Source: a virus
Length of the DNA: 64,000 nucleotides
IMG/VR virus record: IMGVR_UViG_3300046484_000054
Span: 1 to 64,000 of that record
Direction: 5' to 3' (one strand)
Position 1 is the stretch's first letter; each line of letters opens with the position of its first letter. This document shows positions 57,232 through 63,571 of this stretch, piece after piece. The notes under the pieces are model-generated. The model did no database searches. It saw nothing but the letters and a program-made list of their open reading frames with translations, and was not told where the DNA came from. A program made the translations under genes and the position numbers.

Positions 57232-57407
57232 AAGACATCCAAATAGCACTCGACAACCTCGAACAACTGCCCGCGTCCGAACGGGCTAAAACGCTGATGA
57301 CCATCGTTCGCAACCTCGTGACCCAAGCTGATGATAACTACATCGTCACTTGGGAAGAACTCGAATCAACCATCGAAAGCGCCTGCCGTGATGTCAAGTG
57401 CGCCTAA
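57228..57407 (+). CDS. cassette ORF (59 aa, below the track threshold)
   Basis: Hand-translated MKDIQIALDNLEQLPASERAKTLMTIVRNLVTQADDNYIVTWEELESTIESACRDVKCA. The TAA stop lies inside the A6 left core GCC-TAA-C. Confidence 0.45.
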   Translation: MKDIQIALDNLEQLPASERAKTLMTIVRNLVTQADDNYIVTWEELESTIESACRDVKCA

Positions 57408-57535
57408 CAGTGAGGTCAGCAATGGAGACGCCAATGAGAAATAAACGCGCAAATAAATGTAAGCACAGATTTTCAAGAATCTACTGCCCGATTTGTAAGG
57501 GCAAGTCTCCATTGGCTGCACCGGCTTTGTTAGCA
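57402..57535 (+). repeat. attC-like element A6
   Basis: GCCTAAC ... CAGC-AATGGAGAC / GTCTCCATT-G-GCTG ... CACCGGCTTT-GTTAGCA (the bulged base is G). Confidence 0.75.
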
Positions 57536-57730
57536 GTCGTGGAGGGGGCGCTTACAATAATCAACGAGGCTGAGGGATGCTTCATACTTGGGAAAATCTG
57601 CAATGGAAAGGCTCTTCTCGGAGAGGGGAAGGCCATGCTCGAAAAATTAGTGGAGGGGTATGAGTCCACGCCTGCTAACGCCGTGCGTGAGCCATCCCGG
57701 ACTCGCGACGTAAAACAACCAGAAACCTGA
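57422..57730 (+). CDS. cassette ORF (102 aa) with CxH...CxxC knuckle
   Basis: ATG in the A6 loop; CKHRFSRIYCPIC; ends in the A7 loop. Confidence 0.5.
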   Translation: METPMRNKRANKCKHRFSRIYCPICKGKSPLAAPALLAVVEGALTIINEAEGCFILGKICNGKALLGEGKAMLEKLVEGYESTPANAVREPSRTRDVKQPET

Positions 57731-57781
57731 AAGAATAAAGTGCAGCGGCCAACCGGGATTGGTTCGACGCACTTGTTAGGC
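57673..57781 (+). repeat. attC-like element A7
   Basis: TGCTAAC ... GAGCCA-TCCCGG / CCGGGA-T-TGGTTC ... GACGCACTT-GTTAGGC. Confidence 0.8.
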
Positions 57782-57789
57782 GACGACTT

Positions 57790-57987
57790 ATGGACAAAAA
57801 CAAATATCCGTGGAATGAGGCTTGGGATTCTCTCAAGCGAACAATCGAAGAAGACTGCGATGCGCTAAAGGCACTCGTGGACAATGAGGACTCTGCCTGC
57901 AATGCGAGAAACCTGCGCCGCGAAAGAATGATGGCGATGGAATACACGCTACACCTGATGAGTGAACTTGAAAGGTGGGAGTGGTGA
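57790..57987 (+). CDS. cassette ORF (65 aa)
   Basis: ATG 9 nt after the A7 right core; helical acidic protein. Confidence 0.5.
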   Translation: MDKNKYPWNEAWDSLKRTIEEDCDALKALVDNEDSACNARNLRRERMMAMEYTLHLMSELERWEW

Positions 57988-57991
57988 AGTC

Positions 57992-58102
57992 GCCTAACGT
58001 AGAAAGCTGAGCCACCGCCGATTATGAATACTCAAACTCCAGAAACCCGAAGCGAACTCGCCTGCAGGCGTAACGGCGGTTGGCTCCGGCGACTTGTTAG
58101 GT
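57992..58102 (+). repeat. attC-like element A8
   Basis: GCCTAAC-GTAGAAAGCT-GAGCCA-CCGCCG / CGGCGG-T-TGGCTC-CGGCGACTT-GTTAGGT. Confidence 0.85.
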
Positions 58103-58158
58103 GTCTGCTTTTCTACACGAAATGCGCTTCGCTTCGGTTTCAAATTGGTGTTGCTAAA

Positions 58159-58353
58159 TTAGTTAATGCGAGACTTAAAATCACGATTCTCTGCCTCCAA
58201 TTTCGCAACTCTTACTTTCAATCCCCCGGACAATTTCTTTTCTTCGGTGAGAAGGTGCTTGAGTTGCATGACCTCTCTCTCACGTTCCTCGTCGGGGTTG
58301 GAAATCGTGTTCGACCATTTTTTCAATTGTTTCAATTTTTGTTCGTTGTTCAT
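58159..58353 (-). CDS. cassette ORF, coiled-coil protein (64 aa); strand uncertain
   Basis: The minus-strand product MNNEQKLKQLKKW...LEAENRDFKSRIN looks like a real coiled coil. The overlapping + ORF 58024..58410 is L/F-rich like an antisense shadow, although it starts in the A8 loop. Confidence 0.4.
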   Translation of the reverse strand: MNNEQKLKQLKKWSNTISNPDEEREREVMQLKHLLTEEKKLSGGLKVRVAKLEAENRDFKSRIN

Positions 58354-58358
58354 AAGAC

Positions 58359-58485
58359 ACCTAACGAATCAAGCTCAGGCGCGGCGTCTGAGCGAAAGGA
58401 CAATCAATGAAAAGCAAATCTGGAAAATCACAGCGAGCGCGAAATGGCAACGGCAGAAGCCGTTTCCTGAAGCGCGTTGTTAGCA
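58359..58485 (+). repeat. attC-like element A9
   Basis: ACCTAAC-GAATCAAGCT-CAGG-CG-CGGC / GCCG-TTT-CCTG-AAGCGCGTT-GTTAGCA. Confidence 0.7.
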
Positions 58486-58739
58486 GGCTGCAACGAACTA
58501 ACCAGGCCATCGAAGCACTCATCGCGCTGGCCCTTCGTGTTTCCTCGCAGCCGATCAGTGAATCGGAAATGGAATACTTCTGCAAGAAATACTCCGCCGA
58601 CGGAAGTGCGCTTTCAAAAGCTGATGCGGCTGCGCTAAAAAAAGCCCGGCCAGCACTCGTCCAAAAAATCAAAGACATCATGGCGGGAAAGCCTGCTAAC
58701 GGGGAGCTATCCCGCGACGGCGATGAACCCAAAACGTAA
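58407..58739 (+). CDS. cassette ORF (110 aa)
   Basis: ATG in the A9 loop; protein-like helical sequence; ends in the A10 loop. Confidence 0.55.
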   Translation: MKSKSGKSQRARNGNGRSRFLKRVVSRLQRTNQAIEALIALALRVSSQPISESEMEYFCKKYSADGSALSKADAAALKKARPALVQKIKDIMAGKPANGELSRDGDEPKT

Positions 58740-58804
58740 TATGCGGACTCAACCAAACTCAAGTGGAGGCGTTCCCGGCGTCGCGGATCAGCGACTTGTT
58801 GGGC
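58694..58804 (+). repeat. attC-like element A10
   Basis: TGCTAAC ... ATCC-C-GCGACG / CGTCGC-GGAT ... CAGCGACTT-GTTGGGC (bulge on the 5' arm). Confidence 0.7.
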
Positions 58805-59214
58805 CGCACGGTCCTAAAAAGAGATACTGGGTGACTCCACCGGAAATGATGGCCAGATTAAATGCAGAGTTCCGATTCGATTTTGACCCATGCCCACACC
58901 CACGCCCAGAAGGGTTTGATGGCATCGCCGTCGAATGGGGAAAGCGCAACTGGGTGAATCCACCGTGGACCGGCGGAGTGGGATTATGGAGAACGAAGGC
59001 ACTCGAAGAACGCGAACGAGGAAAAATGAGTGTGCTTCTGCTTCCTCTCTATCAGGTTCGAGTGATTGCAACACTAGGCGAGGCCGGCGCGGAGATACGC
59101 TATGCGGGCGCTCCCGTGTGGCTGGCCATCGAGGACGGAACGCCCAACCCAGTGCCGCCATCGAGTAGGCAACCGTGCCTCCTCCTGATATTGCGGCCCA
59201 ACGAGACGAGATAA
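58741..59214 (+). CDS. phage Dam-type DNA N6-adenine methyltransferase (157 aa)
   Basis: [23 protein letters not shown] ... [10 protein letters not shown] ... resembles the phage N6A MTase family with an NPPW catalytic motif. ATG in the A10 loop. Confidence 0.7.
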   Translation: MRTQPNSSGGVPGVADQRLVGPHGPKKRYWVTPPEMMARLNAEFRFDFDPCPHPRPEGFDGIAVEWGKRNWVNPPWTGGVGLWRTKALEERERGKMSVLLLPLYQVRVIATLGEAGAEIRYAGAPVWLAIEDGTPNPVPPSSRQPCLLLILRPNETR

Positions 59215-59377
59215 GCGACCCCGAAAGGACAAGAATTATGCGATGTGATAAATGTAAACAAGAACTGATTGGGCAAGATTGGCATTGGTCGCCCCAAGAT
59301 GGCTACCGGCATAATTCTTGTCCTGTAGGGGCGACCGAAGGGAGACCCGCAGGGTTCGCTTCATCGGCTGGTTCGCC
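59196..59377 (+). repeat. attC-like element A11 (long loop)
   Basis: GCCCAAC ... AGCGA-CCC / GGG-T-TCGCT ... TCATCGGCTG-GTTCGCC; loop of about 130 nt. Confidence 0.65.
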
Positions 59378-59738
59378 TTCCGGCGCGCCGAATACGGATA
59401 AAAGCAAATGCGGCGGGGGTGCGTCCGATGTCTCCAAAACGTCGCACGTCAATGCGGAAGGTGAAACAGACGATTTATCTCGTCTCGTTCGCCTTCCGGT
59501 AAGCGAACTGGCTGCGCTCGTAGAAAAATGGCGGAACGAAAGCTTGGAGCAATTTGAATCCTCTAGGCATTGTCACGAACGACAAGAGTATGCGAGCGAG
59601 CAGTGGTTTATAGGTGCTTCAAACACCAAATCTTTTTGTGCGCTTGAATTGCTTGAAACCTTAGCAGCCAGCGCCCCCCAGCGCAGCGGGGGCGAGCGGC
59701 TGGAGGCGAACGCCGCGCATAAGCCGTGCGGCGATTAA
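59238..59738 (+). CDS. cassette ORF (166 aa), N-terminal CxxC...C
   Basis: MRCDKCKQELIG...; AAGGA upstream; ATG inside the long A11 loop. Confidence 0.55.
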   Translation: MRCDKCKQELIGQDWHWSPQDGYRHNSCPVGATEGRPAGFASSAGSPSGAPNTDKSKCGGGASDVSKTSHVNAEGETDDLSRLVRLPVSELAALVEKWRNESLEQFESSRHCHERQEYASEQWFIGASNTKSFCALELLETLAASAPQRSGGERLEANAAHKPCGD

Positions 59739-59813
59739 GAATATGGAAACTATTTTGCAACCAACTTCTGAGCGTGGGAATACCCCGCATCGGTCTTCAT
59801 GCGCTTGTTCGGC
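59705..59813 (+). repeat. attC-like element A12
   Basis: GGCGAAC ... AAG-CCG-TGCGG / CCGCA-T-CGG-T-CTT ... CATGCGCTT-GTTCGGC. Confidence 0.7.
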
Positions 59814-60303
59814 TTCTGTGCTGGACGTGTGCTGCGGGAGTCGAATGTTCTGGTTCGATAAAGCTGACCCTCGCGCCCTATTCGTGGATAAACGCCGCGA
59901 AACCCTGATAGACAACACCGGCCCGAAACCCGCCAGCATCGTCGTGAATCCTGATGTGCTCGCAAATTTCAAATCTCTGCCGTTTCCAGACTGCACTTTT
60001 CCGCTGGTCGTGTTCGACCCGCCGCATACTTGGTGCGGGCCGAATGGTAGGACGATAAAGAAATACGGAAGCCTGCCGCTCGACTGGCGGAATGAAATAT
60101 CGGACGGCTTCCGCGAATGCTTCCGCGTGCTGTGTCCGCTTGGGACTCTCGTTTTCAAATGGAATGAACATCGGGTGAAGCTGACAACTGTTTTGTCACT
60201 CACCGACCATAAGCCGCTGTTTGGGCAGAGGGTCGGAAACACTCGAACTCACTGGATCGTGTATCAGAAGCCGAACGATCAAGCTGACCTACCGCCGCGA
60301 TGA
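59743..60303 (+). CDS. SAM-dependent methyltransferase, probably DNA N6-A/N4-C
   Basis: Motif I VLDVCCGS, then motif IV-like VVFDPPH; ATG in the A12 loop. Confidence 0.6.
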   Translation: METILQPTSERGNTPHRSSCACSASVLDVCCGSRMFWFDKADPRALFVDKRRETLIDNTGPKPASIVVNPDVLANFKSLPFPDCTFPLVVFDPPHTWCGPNGRTIKKYGSLPLDWRNEISDGFRECFRVLCPLGTLVFKWNEHRVKLTTVLSLTDHKPLFGQRVGNTRTHWIVYQKPNDQADLPPR

Positions 60304-60377
60304 ACTCGACGCTTGATATTGTGACCGACGCCCAACCTGTGGGAACTCCGGCGGTTAGGTCCGGCGCGTTGTTAGCA
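60270..60377 (+). repeat. attC-like element A13
   Basis: GCCGAAC-GATCAAGCTG-ACCTA-CCGCC / GGCGG-T-TAGGT-CCGGCGCGTT-GTTAGCA. Confidence 0.8.
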
Positions 60378-60387
60378 CCCAAGACCA

Positions 60388-60642
60388 ATGACTATGAAAA
60401 ATAAATTCTGCATAAACTGCAAATGGCAAGACGGCATCTACTGCCGGTCGCCAAAGATTCCAACTGAATCAAATCCCGTCACCGGCGAATCAAAGCCGTG
60501 GCTGCAATGCTGCGAGTCGCACCGAACCGGATGCTTCACAAGCTGGATCGGATGCCGACTGAATGGGCTGTGTGGCAAGGAAGGGCGCTGGTTCGAGGCT
60601 AAAACCCAAAGCGCCGCCTTGGGTGCTAACGTGCGGAGCTGA
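60388..60642 (+). CDS. cassette ORF, Cys-rich (84 aa)
   Basis: FCINCKWQDGIYC...CCESH...C...C...C; starts 11 nt after the A13 right core; ends ..ANVRS* in A14. Confidence 0.5.
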   Translation: MTMKNKFCINCKWQDGIYCRSPKIPTESNPVTGESKPWLQCCESHRTGCFTSWIGCRLNGLCGKEGRWFEAKTQSAALGANVRS

Positions 60643-60732
60643 ACCACCGCGAAATTATGACAAACGAAAACCAGAAACCTTCTCGGCCAACCTGCGGCGA
60701 CAATCGCGGTTGGTTCCGGCGACTGGTTAGGC
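60624..60732 (+). repeat. attC-like element A14
   Basis: TGCTAAC-GTGCGGAGCT-GAACCA-CCGCGA / TCGCGG-T-TGGTTC-CGGCGACTG-GTTAGGC. GAACCA/TGGTTC is a compensatory change relative to GAGCCA/TGGCTC. Confidence 0.85.
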
Positions 60733-60995
60733 CACACGGCTTCATCGCGCCAAGAGGCTACGCAGAACCGGACGACGAATATCGCAGCCGCTTTAATTTT
60801 GTCTGGTGGTTCTGGCTGCCAAGAATCCACACGCAACGACCCGACACGCAGAACCCGCGAGTAATCCGAATCATCTGGCTGTGCTTTGCAGCAGGACTGG
60901 ACATCTGGGGCGATGAGTCTCGCAAGGTGTGGCCTAACGAATCAAGCTCACCGATGCTGCGCCGAAAAACCAAAAGCCATGAACAAAGCCTCTGA
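60657..60995 (+). CDS. cassette ORF (112 aa), Trp-rich hydrophobic segment
   Basis: ATG in the A14 loop; FNFVWWFWLPRIH...IIWLCFAAGLDIWG. Confidence 0.45.
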   Translation: MTNENQKPSRPTCGDNRGWFRRLVRPHGFIAPRGYAEPDDEYRSRFNFVWWFWLPRIHTQRPDTQNPRVIRIIWLCFAAGLDIWGDESRKVWPNESSSPMLRRKTKSHEQSL

Positions 60996-61063
60996 CAATC
61001 GAAAAACGCTGGACGCCGAAAACTGCGGGAGTAAGCAGCATTCGGTGCAGCGATTTGTTAGAC
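60932..61063 (+). repeat. attC-like element A15
   Basis: GCCTAAC-GAATCAAGCT-CACCGA-TGCTGC / GCAGCA-T-TCGGTG-CAGCGATTT-GTTAGAC. The stem sequence is entirely different but the architecture is identical. Confidence 0.85.
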
Positions 61064-61281
61064 GGCTTTGTGTGATATGTGGAGCAAAAGTCCGCAATCA
61101 AAATCCGAAGACAAACACATGCGACCCGATCTGCACGCGAGCCAAGCACGCCAACCGGACGCGGCAGGAACAAATCGAGCATGAAATGGCCGTGGATGAA
61201 TACAATGACTGCATGGCCGGTCACGCTCACCTGTGGTATGAAACCGACGAACCGCGAGTAAAACGAAAGATACGAATATGA
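60979..61281 (+). CDS. cassette ORF, zinc-ribbon-like (100 aa)
   Basis: ATG in the A15 loop; CVICGAKV...NTCDPIC. Confidence 0.5.
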   Translation: MNKASDNRKTLDAENCGSKQHSVQRFVRRLCVICGAKVRNQNPKTNTCDPICTRAKHANRTRQEQIEHEMAVDEYNDCMAGHAHLWYETDEPRVKRKIRI

Positions 61282-61541
61282 GCCAATGCACTAAATGCGA
61301 GACAAACTTTGTCGGCACGCCGGAAAATCCTCCGGTGCCGGGACTTTGCAAGTATTGCGAGATCGAAATCTTGCGAAAGGGGATTGATGCGGTCTGCCAA
61401 CTGATGGCACAGAGCCAAGGAGTAACCGGACTGCATCTGAACGGAGACGTTGCAACGTGGGATGATTTGAGGACGGGCGGCAAGATGGAAGAATGGCTTG
61501 TCGAGTTTGACGATGCGGTAAAAATACTACCACCAATATGA
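61278..61541 (+). CDS. cassette ORF (87 aa), CxxC...CxxC
   Basis: ATGA-coupled; CTKCETNF...CKYCE. Confidence 0.5.
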   Translation: MSQCTKCETNFVGTPENPPVPGLCKYCEIEILRKGIDAVCQLMAQSQGVTGLHLNGDVATWDDLRTGGKMEEWLVEFDDAVKILPPI

Positions 61542-61723
61542 GCAACATCAATCTTCACACCTGCGAGAAAGCCGCACCCGGCTGGCAAAATAAGTGCAAA
61601 CCTTGCGCCGAATGTGAGAGCGAAATAAGACGCCGGAAAATGGCGGATGACTTTTGCCGCTCAGAAACCGTGGCAGACTTTGAAAAGCGCACGAACTTGA
61701 AGCCGTCTAACGTAGAAAGCTGA
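61538..61723 (+). CDS. cassette ORF (61 aa), Cys-rich
   Basis: ATGA-coupled; ends ..PSNVES* in A16. Confidence 0.5.
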   Translation: MSNINLHTCEKAAPGWQNKCKPCAECESEIRRRKMADDFCRSETVADFEKRTNLKPSNVES

Positions 61724-61814
61724 GCCACCACGAACTATGGACACCCAACAACCAGCGACCCTCGCGGAGTCACGGAAAGCGCCAATCGTGGTTGGCTCCG
61801 GCGACTTGTTAGGC
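61705..61814 (+). repeat. attC-like element A16
   Basis: GTCTAAC-GTAGAAAGCT-GAGCCA-CCACGA / TCGTGG-T-TGGCTC-CGGCGACTT-GTTAGGC. Confidence 0.85.
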
Positions 61815-62042
61815 ATCGTCAAAAGCAAAAAGACTCTGCCTCCATACCACATTCCGACGTATAAAAAAATACTGCCTCATGTTCATAATCGCGGAAATTT
61901 CGAGTGGAAGTGTCCAAAATGCGGGGCGGTAGTAATACGGCACCACAAGCGGAAGCCCAAAGGATGTCCTAAATGTATGGATCGCCGAAACATGATTCGC
62001 GTGGGATGGAATGGCGGCAAGATGCCTAACGACCGGAGCTGA
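61737..62042 (+). CDS. cassette ORF, zinc-ribbon (101 aa)
   Basis: ATG in the A16 loop; CPKCGAVV...CPKC; ends ..PNDRS* in A17. Confidence 0.5.
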   Translation: MDTQQPATLAESRKAPIVVGSGDLLGIVKSKKTLPPYHIPTYKKILPHVHNRGNFEWKCPKCGAVVIRHHKRKPKGCPKCMDRRNMIRVGWNGGKMPNDRS

Positions 62043-62122
62043 GCCATGACGGAACTAAATCTCACACCCGCGAAGCGGAACTGCGACGGCCAACCGTCAT
62101 TGGCTCCGGCGACTTGTTGGGC
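62024..62122 (+). repeat. attC-like element A17
   Basis: GCCTAAC-GACCGGAGCT-GAGCCA-TGACGG / CCGTCA-T-TGGCTC-CGGCGACTT-GTTGGGC. Confidence 0.85.
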
Positions 62123-62909
62123 GGAAATTTCGTGGATCATCGAAAATATAACGAAAGAATCCAGCCTGCTCGAACTCGCCGAAGCTGTGAAGAAAGCAGG
62201 TAGCCAACTCTTTGAAATCAATGGTGACTACACCGCGCAGACAATCAAAGAACTGCGGCGATATGCCGCTGGCAAAACCGTAATCTTCGACGGCTCAATC
62301 AACATGGCCGAACTCGTGACGCGAGACGTGCCAACCATCCGCGTCATCGGAACGTCAGAAAACTATCTGTGCAGCCGCTACTATCCGAAATGTGATGGAC
62401 TGATGTTCAATGATAAATACTTGCTGCTGCCGATGCGAGAGATTGAAGCGGCGGCAACGCTGGCTGTGGACGGATGCGTGTTCGTGCGTCCTGATGGCGG
62501 TCAGAAACAATTCCAAGCCGCGCTCGTGGAGGTCGGAGAACTCGCCGCGTTGAAAAGACATGGCGAAATGATGGTGCTGGTGTCACCGCCGAAGAACATA
62601 ACGGGCGAATGGCGATGCGTGTGTGACGCCTGCGGAATCGTGGCGGTGTCGAGCTACCGAATCAAAGGTCAACCAATTCGTGAACCCTCTGCGCCAAGTG
62701 GTGCGCTCCAAATGTGCGAGAATGTCGCCACGAGATACCTGCCTGACCCGCTGTTCGTTGTAGATGTGTGTGCCGACACTGACGGGAACTTATGGCTGAT
62801 GGAACTGAACCAATTTACGGGGGCTGGACTGTATGCCTGCGACAAGGCCGCTATCGTGCGCGCCGTGGAACGTGTGGCGTCCGCCTTTCCGCCCAACGTA
62901 GAAAGCTGA
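62046..62909 (+). CDS. ATP-grasp (DUF4343-like) protein (287 aa)
   Basis: FVRPDGGQKQFQAALV ... GEWRCVC ... VVDVCADTDGNLWLMELNQFTGAGLY resembles the phage ATP-grasp family. The only in-frame start is the ATG in the A17 loop. Confidence 0.6.
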   Translation: MTELNLTPAKRNCDGQPSLAPATCWAEISWIIENITKESSLLELAEAVKKAGSQLFEINGDYTAQTIKELRRYAAGKTVIFDGSINMAELVTRDVPTIRVIGTSENYLCSRYYPKCDGLMFNDKYLLLPMREIEAAATLAVDGCVFVRPDGGQKQFQAALVEVGELAALKRHGEMMVLVSPPKNITGEWRCVCDACGIVAVSSYRIKGQPIREPSAPSGALQMCENVATRYLPDPLFVVDVCADTDGNLWLMELNQFTGAGLYACDKAAIVRAVERVASAFPPNVES

Positions 62910-62989
62910 GCCACCGCCGACCTGCGACGCGAACCGCGATAGCGGAACGGACAGCGCCAACGGCGGTTGGCTCCGGCGACTGGTTAGGC
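62891..62989 (+). repeat. attC-like element A18
   Basis: GCCCAAC-GTAGAAAGCT-GAGCCA-CCGCCG / CGGCGG-T-TGGCTC-CGGCGACTG-GTTAGGC. Confidence 0.85.
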
Positions 62990-63015
62990 TGCATTTCGTG
63001 AACTGACATAAAAAT

Positions 63016-63222
63016 ATGACGACTCAAAATAATATCGGCACCAACACGCTGCTGGCTCGGCGAATCCGAGAAATCATGCCGCCAAAAGTTGCCGACGACT
63101 TTATGAACTCGCCGCGATACGGCGAACTCCAAGCGGCGGCTGACTCCGGCTTGCCGTTCTGGATCGGAAAAACTGAAACTGGATCATGGGACTTTGCCAT
63201 AAATGACCGCCATGCAGCCTAA
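63016..63222 (+). CDS. cassette ORF (68 aa)
   Basis: Starts 27 nt after the A18 right core; the TAA stop lies inside the A19 left core. Confidence 0.5.
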   Translation: MTTQNNIGTNTLLARRIREIMPPKVADDFMNSPRYGELQAAADSGLPFWIGKTETGSWDFAINDRHAA

Positions 63223-63316
63223 CATTCGGAGCTGAGCCATGCGCGACAAAACGACATCCAACCGCGAAGCGGAACTGACGTGGCCATCGCGCATTGGCTC
63301 CGGCGACTGGTTAGGA
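63217..63316 (+). repeat. attC-like element A19
   Basis: GCCTAAC-ATTCGGAGCT-GAGCCA-TGCGCGA / TCGCGCA-T-TGGCTC-CGGCGACTG-GTTAGGA. Confidence 0.85.
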
Positions 63317-63340
63317 CACTGGTCGAACTGAACTAAATCT

Positions 63341-63571
63341 ATGAAAAAACTCAAATGCAAATGTGAACTCTGCACGAAATGGTCGCCGCTCCATCGGCGC
63401 ATCATGGCAAAGCTGCGTGGCAAAGATAAAAAACTCTTCGATGAATTTTTGATGATGGTCTGGAATGACAGCGACGACCTCGGCGCGGCAAATGCAAAGC
63501 TGGCCGGTGAATGGCCGGGCTGGGAATGGATGCCTGAAGTCATAAAACAAAAAATGGGCGAAGTGGCCTAA
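63341..63571 (+). CDS. cassette ORF (76 aa)
   Basis: MKKLKCKCELC...; the TAA stop lies inside the A20 left core. Confidence 0.5.
   Translation: MKKLKCKCELCTKWSPLHRRIMAKLRGKDKKLFDEFLMMVWNDSDDLGAANAKLAGEWPGWEWMPEVIKQKMGEVA

Noticed and set aside
57274-57318. Short palindrome CCGAACG-N22-CGTTCG, which could pair with A4's unmatched GTTCGG core
   Set aside because: It is too short, lacks the spacer/stem/bulge architecture, and sits inside the 59-aa ORF 57228..57407. The flank complementarity stops at 6 nt.
58024-58410. 128-aa + strand ORF starting in the A8 loop
   Set aside because: The product is L/F-rich and looks like the antisense of the coiled-coil ORF 58159..58353 (-). The minus ORF was kept as the more protein-like call, but this is genuinely ambiguous because every other cassette ORF is on the + strand.
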